From Podarcis tiliguerta (Eukaryota), in NCBI GenBank assembly GCA_965153285.1, contig OZ229117.1: DNA of 64,000 nucleotides, one strand, 5' to 3'. This document shows positions 1-42,520 of the stretch, one piece after another. Both the position numbers and the translations under genes were made by a program. Numbering within the stretch: the first letter of the stretch is position 1; each line of letters begins with the position of its first letter. The notes beneath the pieces were generated by a model that had not been told where the DNA came from, made no database searches, and was given only the letters and a program-made list of their open reading frames with translations.

Positions 1-916
1 CCAGTGGCCAGGCACCATGAGCACTGCCTTAACTGTGGCCAATAAGATTCTCCGTTGGGCCAAATCTAGGAGATTCTCCCCTATTGCCACTAAAAGGAAC
101 AGACAGCAGTGAATTGTACATGTTGAAAATGGCACATATTAATGTCACGGATAGCATCTGCAGTAACCTGAGCCTACAGTAGCCTGAACAGATGCACACA
201 TATCTAAAGTCTTACTGAGCTTAAAAGGGCTAACAAGCAATATTGCATGCATAACATTGTAGCCCGAATAACACTGTGACACACTTAAGAAAACCTCTGT
301 AAGATCTGATAAAGATACTTCAGCATCCTGCTCCCCAACAGCCAGGCACTATTGAGCACTGGCATAGCTTGGCCAATGAGAATTTTTTATCGCATCAGGT
401 ATAGCAGACTCCCTACTAGCGGCATTTTAAGCAAGGGAACACAGTGAACTTCATTGAACAGACTATAGTGAGTTGCATATACTGAAAACGGCACATATTA
501 ATGTCATAGATTGTATTTGCAGTAATAGAACAGTTTAAATGAAGACTCATGCCCATTGAGAATGACGATAAATGACTAGTGAGCGGTATTTGAGTTCTGT
601 AAAAGTTTATTTTATTTTTTAATAGATGGCAAAGATACAAGCAGCTGAGATGATAGAGATTTATTACAGTTTGTGCTAGGTCATGGTTTATAAATACATT
701 GAGCAGGAACTCTTGGAAAGATAAGAAAAGTGGAAAAATCAAGGTAGGGAACACTTGTGGCTCTCTCACCATCCCTCCCCCAGTGACAAACTTCTTCAAT
801 TGAACAATTTTCAAATTTCATTTTCTTGAGAAATACCCAACTTGAAAGACATACCAACCATTTCAGATGCTAAGACCCAGCACAATTAAATTTAACATGA
901 CTTTCTTGCTCCAGAA

Positions 917-922
917 TTTATT
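917..922 (-). terminator. Candidate SPG7 polyadenylation signal AATAAA
   Basis: First canonical AATAAA I found on the minus strand downstream of the stop (~1.5 kb), followed by a modestly GU-rich tract; no transcript evidence. Confidence 0.3.
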
Positions 923-944
923 TCAATATGATGCCACTATAGAT

Positions 945-1065
945 GGAGGTTTTTAAGCAGATGCGAGATGGCCATCTGTCATGTATGATTTAGCTAACAT
1001 TCCTGCATTGCAGGGGGCTGGACTAGATGGCCCTTGGGATCCCTTTCATCTCTGCAATTCCATGA
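945..1065 (+). mobile_element. CR1 LINE 3' fragment (degenerate)
   Basis: ggaggtttttaagcag...attcctgcattgcagggggctggactagatggcccttgggatccc...attccatga. Confidence 0.8.
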
Positions 1066-2464
1066 GCCAAAGCATTAACCACCCTTGTGCTAAAGCTTAG
1101 CTACTGCCAGTGAGTCTGGCGAGTCTGGCTCCCTCTTGGAGGGAAATGGGCTAAATTACTGCCACTGTGATTCAGAAATTTGGCATATTGCCCCACAGAT
1201 ATTGTCACAGATATACAGCAATTTGGTACAAATTTGTCAATAGACCACTAGGTGGTACACACAGATCACCAATGACTTTTCTTTCAAGGCCCACTGGGGG
1301 AGATGGAGAAAGGGACTGCTTACAGACCAGTGCTGAAATGCTTGGTTTTCTTTTATGTCATAATGCAATATCACATGTTGAAATACATATTCAGAAGGAT
1401 CATATCTCCAGGGATTTTGATAGCCGCAGTTCTAAATAGCAAACTCTCTTCACGTTGAGGCAATTCAGAGTGCAAATGTGTGCATGCTCATCCCATCTAT
1501 GCACGAGGGTAGTCTCAGAAAAGAGGCAGTTTTGAGAACTGCCAATTAAATATTGGCAGGAGTGGAGGAAAATCTGGACAAGGGTTGTATAAGGATACAG
1601 ACAATAGTCCTCATGGAAATAATCTATGGAGTGTGTTTGAAAATGCAGCTAGCCCTTTCTCTCTCCACTCCACCTCCCTTCAGCTGTTATTGTACAGCAG
1701 GAAACTGTCTATCCCTCCCCCCACCCAACTCCTGTTACAAGCTGCTTTAGAGACACATTCAGTCTAAAGGCCTCTGTGTAAGAACCAGAAGCTACCAGCC
1801 AGCCAGAGTACTTTCCAAAAGGCTTGAGGATTCTCTCTCCCTTCCAAGTCACTCCAGGGAGCCCCACCAGCATTCAGAGGTTGTGCCTGCCCCTATCTTT
1901 GTGGCCAGAGTTACAGAGGTCAAAGGACCTATATCTTTGTGGCATGGTGACATAGGTCAAAGGAAATCTACATCTCCATTGTCCATATCAGACTTTCTAC
2001 ACCTCAAGAGACATGCGTAAAAATCAGGGAAATATTTGTGTTGTTGGTTCTAGGGAGAAGCATTAAACTCTGGATGCTAGTGATGCAGCTATTGCTGTCA
2101 TGTCAAAGGAGGGTTGCAGTGTGTGGCACCAGAAAAAAAGAAGAAGAGGAAGCAGAGCACAGCAGCTGCTTTTGTGGGAGGACTATGACACAATGGCTGG
2201 TTCTGCCCAGACTGACCACACACATCCCCATAACTGTAACCTGGTGACCCAGAGGCACTGGGACCCTTCCCAAGGAGCCTTGATGAGCCCATACACATAC
2301 ATCAACCACAGCTTGATCATTTTTAGAGCAGGGGAAGCTGGATCCTGCTCGCAGCCCATCACAAAATATGAGCAGAGCAGCCTACACACAGGCATGAAAT
2401 AACTCTCTTTGCGCCTCTACTTCAGAAAGGAAGCTGCTCAGTCCCTTCTCTCACTTGGCCATTT

Positions 2465-33579
<31,115 letters not shown>

Positions 33580-35992
33580 GGTCCAGGCACCGAGCTGTTC
33601 AGCTCCCCAGTGCGGACGATGAGATCCAGGCGGGGGCCTGGCGAGAAAGCCGAGCGGAGGCTGGAATGGAGGCGGCTTCCGCCATCTTAAAAGCTGGCAG
33701 CCGCTCAGCGTAGCCCGCTCTCAAGATGGCCGCGCCTGGCTGTTCTCACCTAATGGGAAATTCGGCTGGAGGGAAACGCGGGGCCCAGACTTCGCCCACG
33801 ATCGGCCCAGAAATATGCACTCTTTTAAGTGCGGCCGCCTCCCCTCAGACACACTTTTCAAAACTTGCATTTCTTCTTTTTGACCCGGGGGGGAGAGAGG
33901 AGCTAGGGAGATATCTGGACATCGCTGTTTCGCTCGTCATTATTACTGTTTTTAAAGACTTCACATTACTGTAAATTCCAGTCATCTGAGGATGGGAATA
34001 AAACCGAAGGGACAAAATCGTACATTCTTTCTGCAATCTGTTCCCCTACTGCATCTTTGACAGTTTAGGACTCTGTAACGCTTTCAGCTCAATAAGCGTG
34101 AAGTTGTTTTTCAGCTATATTTGTGAAAGGAAGGTGGTTTCAGCTGCCTATTTGTGGAACTAGGATAGCAGCAGCATTTCCCCAGTGACTTGAACTTGAC
34201 ACCGCACTGATGAAATATACACAAACCGATTAAGCTGCTGTACTTGGATTTAAATAGATTTCTGACTACACACTATATCCTTCTATATCACCACCTTTTA
34301 GAAATTTGCTGCTGCACACATTACTATGTGAAGGCGAGTAACTACTCCATCAGCCAGGCACTGCTTTCTAATCCTGAAACTAGGCTGAAAGCTAGCTTTC
34401 TAGAGGCCATGGTTTGTACATTCAGATCAAAAGTGTGTGGCAAAGCAGAGAACCAGATTTTAAAACCTTGCTTCATTTTCTTGGACACAATAACTGCTAT
34501 TCACAAGCTTTGCTTTAATGATGCATCATATTTACTTTGTCATCATAATTACATTGACATGCATGTATAGTTTTATGCACACACTGTCAGAAGTTTAAAA
34601 GTGCACAACAGATAATGGATCATAAAGTATGAAGAAAATGAAAAATTATAATAGTTTTAGAAAAACAAACAACACTAAGAGAGTACATTGGTGGTTTTTT
34701 AAATACAGGAAGTGGGAAGGTTCAGCATCACAGAACACATATCTTAATTCTGGTTCCCACACTGGGCGTAGTATGTTTTAAATTTGCATGTAGGGCACAT
34801 GTGGGCTATTAAAAGGGTGTTAGCTTCATTCAGAGGCTCCTATTGAACCTGCACACAAAACACACACACACACACCTTCGATCCCTCCAGGGCCCCCAAA
34901 ACAAATGAGGAAAAAGCAAGGGATTAAATTTGCAATTTTTTTATTAAAAAAAAAGCTGGGTAAGCAGGAGACATTTCTTAAGAGTTGAGCAACAGAACAA
35001 GGCTGTTGATAGAGTTATAAGATCACTGATGTCACCTTCAAGTTAATGGTATGCTTCCGTGTACAAATTTAAAACCATTAAATTTGCTTGAAGAACAGGT
35101 CTGCAGTGCTGTGAGGCTTTCACAATTTCACTGGCAGAAAGCTGTTAGACTCTTCTTCCCTAAACAAGTTATTTTCTGTAGGGATAACATAGCAACAATC
35201 ACTCCCAAACAACAATAGTGTTGCAAAACTCTCACTTCTCCCACTGAAGTATCTCAGTGACCATATTTGTGACAGACACACCCAGGATGTTAACTAGCTT
35301 CCTCTGGGATGTGTCTGGGTAAACTTTCAAATCAAACTAGGAGTCTGTTACTAAATATCCTTTTCGTATCATATTTGAAGTCAGTATTACTGGCTTACCT
35401 GATCAACAGCTTCATTAATAGACATTAAATTCAAGTGGCTACAATTAAACTCTGGTAGCCAGACAAAATTTGCATCCCTACATTGGGATGTGATTTGCTG
35501 AAATGTGAGACATTAAATATGGGAGCACAATAAAACCATTAAGTTGGGGAACAGAACAGATGTGCATTGGGTGGGGGCAAGGGGAGGTGAGTGTTGCCTC
35601 ACATGTTAAGGGTTATGGAAAATATAGTGTATTTTTGCATTCACACTTTTTTTTCATAAGTAAATTTTACTGCTTTTGCTGAAGATTATTTTCAAGTGAG
35701 CATCCTTAAGATTACAGGATTATTTTAGTTTTCATGCTATGCTTTAGTTATAACTGGTATGACAGAAGTGCCTTTTCATTGACTAATGATAGGGGTCCAA
35801 CAATGGGGGTGGATGGCAAGTTACTTGACTGGAGGTGAGTTGAAAAATATTACTCTTCTGCCTCCACCACAAATATCTAGTACTAGAAGGTATGAAGTTC
35901 AACAGACATATACTTTTTTGCATACACAACACATCTTCTATCTAGAGAAACAGGATTTTTAAAAAATCATAATTTTGTTAGTCAACAAGTAG

Positions 35993-36328
35993 TCTAAACC
36001 ACTGAGCCTCTTGGGCTTGCCGATCGGAAGGTCGGCGATTTGAATCCCTGCGACGGGGTGAGCTCCTGTTGCTCGGTCCCAGCTCCTGCCAACCTAACAG
36101 TTCAAAAGCACGTCAAAGTGCAAGTAGATAAATAGGTACCACTCTGGCAAGAAGGTAAACAGTGTTTCCGTGAGCTGCTCTGGTTCGCCAGAAGCAGCTT
36201 AGTCATGCTGGCCACATGACCCGGAAAAACTGTCTGCGGACAAACGTCGGCTCCCTTGGCCAGTAAAACAAGATGAGCGCCACAACCCCAGAGTCATTTG
36301 CTACTGGACTTAATTGTCAGGGGCCCTT
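35993..36328 (+). mobile_element. Sauria SINE (near full-length)
   Basis: ctaaaccactgagcctcttgggcttgccgatcggaaggtcggcg..gtagataaataggtacc..gtcatgctggccacatgacccgg..caggggccctt. Confidence 0.9.
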
Positions 36329-37794
36329 GTGCAGTATTCACAATCACAACACTTTTTGTGTGTGGTGCTTAAATCAAGTTTTGGATGTCCAGGTAGCCCC
36401 AAATAACATTGAGGCACTGGCATATGTGAAGCATGCTAAAGCAGTTGGGATAAAGCCCTAAGCAAAACAGGGTACAATTATCCCAGGTTCCTCATAATGC
36501 CTTCTACCTTGTCCTGACTTAGGCCTGTAATTCTAACATCTCATGGGTACTATCTGTTTTGGCTCCAGAACAAAGCTTAATACCAACAGTTCCAAATTAA
36601 TATAGCTGGGGATGTACTACATGGATTACATAATTGCAAGCATTAGCATCCACTATTTGAACATGTGAAATGCAACCTTGAAAAAAGGTGACTTAATTCA
36701 ATGCCATTTGAATGGTAATAAGGTTTCTTTTGGGAACATATCCAGTATTCAGATAACACAGATATAGCCTGATCCAGGCTGGCATTACTGGGATATTCTC
36801 CAGCTATGACATTATTGAAAGATATTGGTGGGGAAAGGGCAGTGTTTTGAAAGTGATTTTACTGCTGCTGGACGGAGTTGGTCATGAGAATAATTTAACT
36901 GCAACAGTCGTGTGAACCATTTCACAGGTGAAGCTATAAATATAAGCCATATTGTAAATATAAAAGAATACAGATTGATTATTAAAGTTAAATCCTAAAG
37001 ACTTGTCTTCTTATGGGGCCACATTAAACTACTTATATTTTATGACAGAGGCACTATGGACAGTTAATGGGCTTCAAATCTGAAGCAGATCATTTAAGAG
37101 TGAGGCAGATGCCAGTTTCTACAGCTGTCCCTAATTATGCTTTTTTTTTTCCTTTGTAAAAGATACACATTGTATAGGATGAGATGCAACCAGGCAAAAA
37201 GGAAGCTACTGTTTGACAATAAATGTAACCCTTACTCATGCCAGTGCCTGAACTTCATGTTTAATTCCATGGCACTGCCACTCATGCAATGTAAGGGTCT
37301 CAGAGATTATAGACAGCAGACAAGTCAGAATAAGCACTTGTAAGTCTGCTGCACCCAAACCAACCAAGGTACATAATTTGGTGGCATAAGAATAGCGATT
37401 GAAATAGGAGACCATCACACGATCAATGCCTCCTGCTTAGAAAATAGACACCAAGATGCTTACCTAGCCACAGGAGCCTGTTTGCCTCTATCAATAACAC
37501 AGTCAACTACATTGTGCTTTACGTTGTGCAATGAGAGCTACAAGTGACAAAGGTTGCAATCTTATACAATTACCTGTGAGCAAGTTCCACTGAACTCAAC
37601 AGATCTTACTACTGAGGAGACCTGTATATTATTACAGTGTAACAGATGGGCAATTAAAAGCAGAAGGGGGAACCCACTTCCCCACAGAATCCCATTCACG
37701 AACTCTCAGCCAGGTTCACTATCAATATACACTAGTTAGTAAATAAACTAAAGTCAGTTTGGCAGAACTTAATTCCCATACATTAATACTCCTC

Positions 37795-37852
37795 TGTTCT
37801 CTGGTCCATGGGGTCACAAAGAGTTGGACACAACTAAACGACTAAACAACAA
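37795..37852 (+). mobile_element. BovB (RTE) LINE extreme 3' end
   Basis: ctggtccatggggtcacaaagagttggacacaactaaacgactaaacaacaa, the characteristic BovB terminus. Confidence 0.8.
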
Positions 37853-38041
37853 TGAGTCACACAGTGAATGAATCTGTGACATCAGGATAAATAAAGTGAC
37901 TTATTGAAATAACAAGATGACTTCCATTTAAATTTTTAATAAAAGCCTTTTGTGCTGACAGCAACTAGAGAAGATTTAACAGAAAATTATTTTTTAAAGT
38001 TTACAATATTTATTTGGCAATAAGTCCAAACTAAACCAACA

Positions 38042-38412
38042 GGGACACAGGTGGCGCTGTGGTCTAAACCAGTGAGCCTAGGGCTTGCTGATCAGAAGGT
38101 CGGTGGTTCAAATCCCTGCAACGGGGTGAGCTCCCATTGTTTGGTCCAAGCTCCTGCCCACCTAGCAGTTTGAAAGCAGTCAAAGTGCAAGTAGATAAAT
38201 AGGTACTGCTCCAGCGGGAAGGTAAACCGCCTTTCCGTGTGCTGCTCTGGTTCGCCAGAAGTGGCTTAGTCATGCTGGCCCCATGACCCGGAAGCTGTCT
38301 GTGGATAAAAGCTGGCTCCCTTGGCCTATAGAGCAAGATGAGCACCACAACCCCAGAGTCATCTGTGACTGAACCTAACAGTCAGGGGTACCTTTACCTT
38401 TACCCTTACCTT
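38042..38412 (+). mobile_element. Full-length Sauria SINE with 10-bp target-site duplication
   Basis: gggacacaggtggcgctgtggtctaaacc...ggggtacctttacctttaccc; TSD taaaccaaca at 38032-38041 and 38413-38422. Confidence 0.93.
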
Positions 38413-38981
38413 TAAACCAACATAATTTATTTCCAAGTAAAAATGGATAGGATTGGGCTGCATGTCATCTGTTGCAAAGATGTTAGATAGTCTGCTTCTA
38501 AAGAATGCCAGGTCTACTCTGTTTTCTCTCATGTTTTATAAATATCTCACATTGCTATAAAGAAGGCAGAGTTTTAAGCAGAAAGCTGCTTTATCTTAGG
38601 ACATCAGTTCATTGTGAAGAAAAATCCATATCCAGCCACTTCTCTTGTTCATTCCCTCTCCGATATGTAGCTACCTACTTTTAAAACCAAGTTGGTAACA
38701 AAACTCACACTACAATGTTAAATTAGCACAATAAAGCTAGGAAGATTGTAGTATCATTTCTTATTTCTGCTAGGAATGTTTAGCATCTTAAATACATTTA
38801 AGCTTTACATAAAATTATCAGACTACTGCATTTCACAACCATTTGGCCTCACTGTTTACATTTTGTATTATCTACTGATAATCTATGTAGATTGGTTAAC
38901 TGGAGGTAGCACTTAATGCATGGGATGAAGCAGGGTTAGGGTTGCAAGTAAGGCTCATTGAATTAAATAGTACTTCTAAGT

Positions 38982-39599
38982 GGGGTGTTGGAGAGGGGTA
39001 GTGCTTTTGCAGGGGGACATGTCTTGTTTCCTCTGGGGTAGTTTGTCAACCTTGCACTCAGCTGACACCTATGGCTCCTAGAAACTGTCAGCATAAAACA
39101 GCGCCCCCCCCCCCCGGAAATGGCTTAATAGAAAATATAAATACTTTATTGTCACTGTACCACATGTTTACAGTGAGATTACATGAGCCCCACCCCCCCC
39201 AATCTCTCAGTCCTTGTTACATTCTGGCTACCTAAACTATGTGTGGGTAGCCAATGAGTCTCAAACCCTCAGTCTTTCAGGATATATTTGGGAGAATAGA
39301 AGGCTAAAGATTAAACCTACACAATTCCGGAGTAGAGTCCCAAAAACAGTTGGATGGCTCCTTGTACACTTCTGGCAACTCATGCAGCCAAACTAGTACC
39401 AAACGTATTGCTCTGCTTTCCTTTGGACCACATCGGCGAGGCTGAAATGGGGGTTTTGCCTTCTGGGAAGCCCAGGACCTCTATACACACTGCCCAGGCT
39501 TGCACCCTGAATAAGTCACTTTGGTGCTGCTAACGCAGTGGGTTGATTTCACACCCGGAGGCACACTCCATTGTCTCTTGAGACAGACAGATGCCAACA
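38982..39599 (+). mobile_element. Non-autonomous RTE-related retroelement
   Basis: 3' end ccattgtctcttgagacagacagatgccaacaa (RTE-like with caa tail); flanked by acttctaagt / acttctgagt (10-bp TSD, 1 mismatch); no ORF. Confidence 0.6.
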
Positions 39600-40678
39600 A
39601 CTTCTGAGTAGACATAGCTAACCAGATTGTAAGTCTGCATAGTTTTCACCACAATAAATCTGTTTATCTTAAAGATGCCTCAAGACTCTTTTATATAGTA
39701 ATGAATTACACATGCACTCATCCTTGAACAAGAAAGATCCACCCTTGTGAGGATTTAATTTTAACTTATAAGAACCTTTAAATTGTTCCACAGAGTATAA
39801 AATCAAGAACTGCTAGATGGCCTTCTTTAATAAAAGGTCTTTGCTGCCTCATGGGAGGCTTAAAGTTTCACTCTATTTATTGCAAGATCTCTGACCCAGA
39901 AGAAACATTAATGCTTCTTCAGAAGAATTATTACTGCCAAATATATGTAGGGAGCCAAAAAAAAAAAAAAGGGGGGGGGGGAGAAGCTGCCTATTCAGAT
40001 GTGGCAATAAAAAACATCATAAAACTTGCATCTAGGGATTGGCCAGGTTGGCACCTGCAAGCCAAGGGCATAGGTCCTGTAGGAGTGCAGAAACCATATC
40101 CCTCCACTCAGGCATGGTGTGGCTAGAGCCCACCAGTCCTTCTGCACATTTTGCGGACCATTCCTCCACTGCTCTGGGATGCCAGGCAAGATGCACAAGC
40201 TTCTCTGGGTGCCTTGGAGGAATCCAGTTGCTGGTGTGGGGGGACGAGGGACCACCAATACAGGGCACAAGAGAGCCTAGGTATGCCTCTGCTTGCATAC
40301 AACAATGTGACTCTTTGGGAAGAATGTGTCATTTTCCCTTTGAGAGTTTGTATGATATGGCATCTAGAGAGAGAAACATAGGGACAAAACTCATAGAAGG
40401 GAAAGCCACAGAAAGCTTAATAGTGAAGTTAAGGTATTTTCATTACTCTAGTGTCCCATAGTAGGTCACCTGTGAGGGGAAAAGGGGCCTCATTTCCTCT
40501 ACCAGTAGCAATATACAAGTTTGTCAAAAGAAGTCAGACTTGACCATTTTATCCTTTTACTACCAAGGGTTGAAAATTTTAGTCAAAGCAAGTAAGTTAC
40601 ATGCTATTTCTCTATCACTGCTTCTATTAGCTTAATTCAAATCTGAAATGCAGCGTGGGCAAGCCTGGAAGTGCTACT

Positions 40679-40680
<2 letters not shown>

Positions 40681-40717
<37 letters not shown>
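40681..40717. repeat. (CT)n microsatellite
   Basis: Direct read. Confidence 0.98.
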
Positions 40718-40720
<3 letters not shown>

Positions 40721-41479
40721 CCCCCCCTTGTTTATGCTGTAGCAGCAGCCGGGGGGGGGGGGGAGCTATTCCTTGCTATTGCTTAGATTTCTGAAAAGTT
40801 TCCAATGACTCAATGGTGTACAAACACAGCTCTCTACCAATGTCACAAACTAAATAAGACCAAAAGCAGCCAGCAATCAGAATCAGTCAGATGAAACACT
40901 AGTAGCTTTAGTTTAGCTTTTCACTGTTTAGATTCTACACTGTTAGTAGCAATACAATCCTGCTTAACAATTGCTTTTTGTGAGCATCTTAAAGGTTACA
41001 ATTAAAGGCAACAATACATTGTTATACTATGTATTGTATTGTATTCTCTGTTTTATTGAATTTGTATGTAGCCATTTTACTACATTTTTTAAAACAAAGA
41101 AACAAACAAGGTTACAAGTCCGTGCATGTTTAGGTGGCAGTAAACCCCACTGAACTCAAATGGCATTTACTCCTAAGCAAGCATGCATAGACTGGACCAA
41201 AAGAGATTTAGCTACAATAAAGTGTTGGACTTTCCTTTGGGTGGATGAGAAGGGAAAGCAAGACAGAACATCCTATAGATTGTTTTCGGTGCTGTCAAAA
41301 TATATTTGATTTTAAGGGTTTGGGGAAATGATGAAGCCACCCCACCGAGCCCACACAGATTTATTCGCAACCTAGCAGAGGCACAGCAAAGCCGACGACA
41401 GCTATATTTAAACGAGAAGAGAAAAGATGAGAAGAAAGGAAAGGGAGGCCTTGATTAGCTAGGAGAAAAGGCTTTCGCC

Positions 41480-42520
41480 CGGACTAGGCCCGACTTCTAG
41501 CGATTAGGCCCTGAATGGGTTACCCATAGCAACCGCAGCTCAGAAGAAGTAGGGAGGGGAAGGGGGGAGGGGAAAGAACTTGCAAACACGTGACACATCA
41601 CGCGCTTGTCATCAACGACGCGCTAATCCGTTTGCCCAATCCCAAGATTTGCTTTCCCCCCTCCCATCGGGTCCCTCCTCCTTGCGCCCGCGCGCTCCGA
41701 GGAAAAGCAACGTTCCTTTAATCGCGTCGCACGCGCGCTCGCGTCACTCCGGTGTCTGCGGCTGCTCCTCCTCCCTGTTCACCCCTCCTCCCCCTCTTAC
41801 GTCCCACCCTATATCGTTGCTGTGCCGGCAGCCAATGAGACGGAGTGTCTCATTGGGCCAATGGGGAAGCTCGGCTCTGGTGGCGAGAGCAACAGCGGCG
41901 GTGGCCGTGGAGGCTGGGGCTGTGTGTGTGGGAAGGGAGGAAACGGCGCTGGCTGGGCGAGAGAGCGAGCGAACGAGGCAGGCACCGCGGCGGACGAGGA
42001 AGGCACCGCTGGCGAATCGGCGCTCGGGACAGCGAGGAGGCAGCGAGAGCCGCCGGGAAGGCGGGTGGGCCATGGAGCGGGCGAGCCGGAGGAGGCGACG
42101 CCGGCACTCGTAAAGGCCCGCTGCCCCCTGGGCGAGCGAAGGAGCGAGCGAGGCAGGCGGGCGGCCGGGCGAGAGGCCTCACGCCCTCGCCCTCACGGGC
42201 CTCGGGCCTCAGCGGCGCACAGGCAAGGGAGAGAGGTGGCGGCGGCGGCGCAGGGAACCACGCGCTCCGGGTAAGGAAGGCTCCGCACTTAGTGAGGGCT
42301 TTCGGCGGGGGCGAAGGGCCTGCCCGGCTTGGCGGCGCGAAGTCCACGGAGGCCCCTCGCGGGGTAGAAGCGGGTGTTGAAAAGGTGCCGAATGACGGGG
42401 GTGCGGGCGGGGCGAAGGAGTGCTAGGACGGTGCCTGACCCGGGTTTGCGGAGCGACATACGTTGCATGCGTGAGGGGCGCCCTGGAGGGAGCTGCTGCC
42501 GCCACCCCCGAGAAACTGAT
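41480..42520. promoter_or_regulatory. CpG-island promoter of the plus-strand gene (probable ANKRD11)
   Basis: About 1 kb of very high GC/CpG; RFX X-box-like GTTACCCATAGCAAC 41519-41533, E-box CACGTG near 41587, three CCAAT boxes 41832-41862. Confidence 0.85.
41885..42270 (+). other. ANKRD11: Non-coding first exon, probably ANKRD11 exon 1 (TSS position approximate)
   Basis: GC-rich segment ending at donor CGG|GTAAGG (42271), followed by >21 kb with no recognisable coding exon. The name rests only on the known head-to-head ANKRD11-SPG7 synteny; no ANKRD11 coding sequence is in the window. Confidence 0.62.

Noticed and set aside
560-650. Possible C/D box snoRNA (ATGACGA...CTGA)
   Set aside because: Imperfect C box, no terminal stem, and not in a sense-strand host intron. 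SNORD68/RPL13 would lie outside the window.
41580-42505. Several long overlapping ORFs (up to 193 aa) on both strands
   Set aside because: Low-complexity Arg/Gly/Ala/Pro translations expected from a stop-poor CpG island; no domain similarity.
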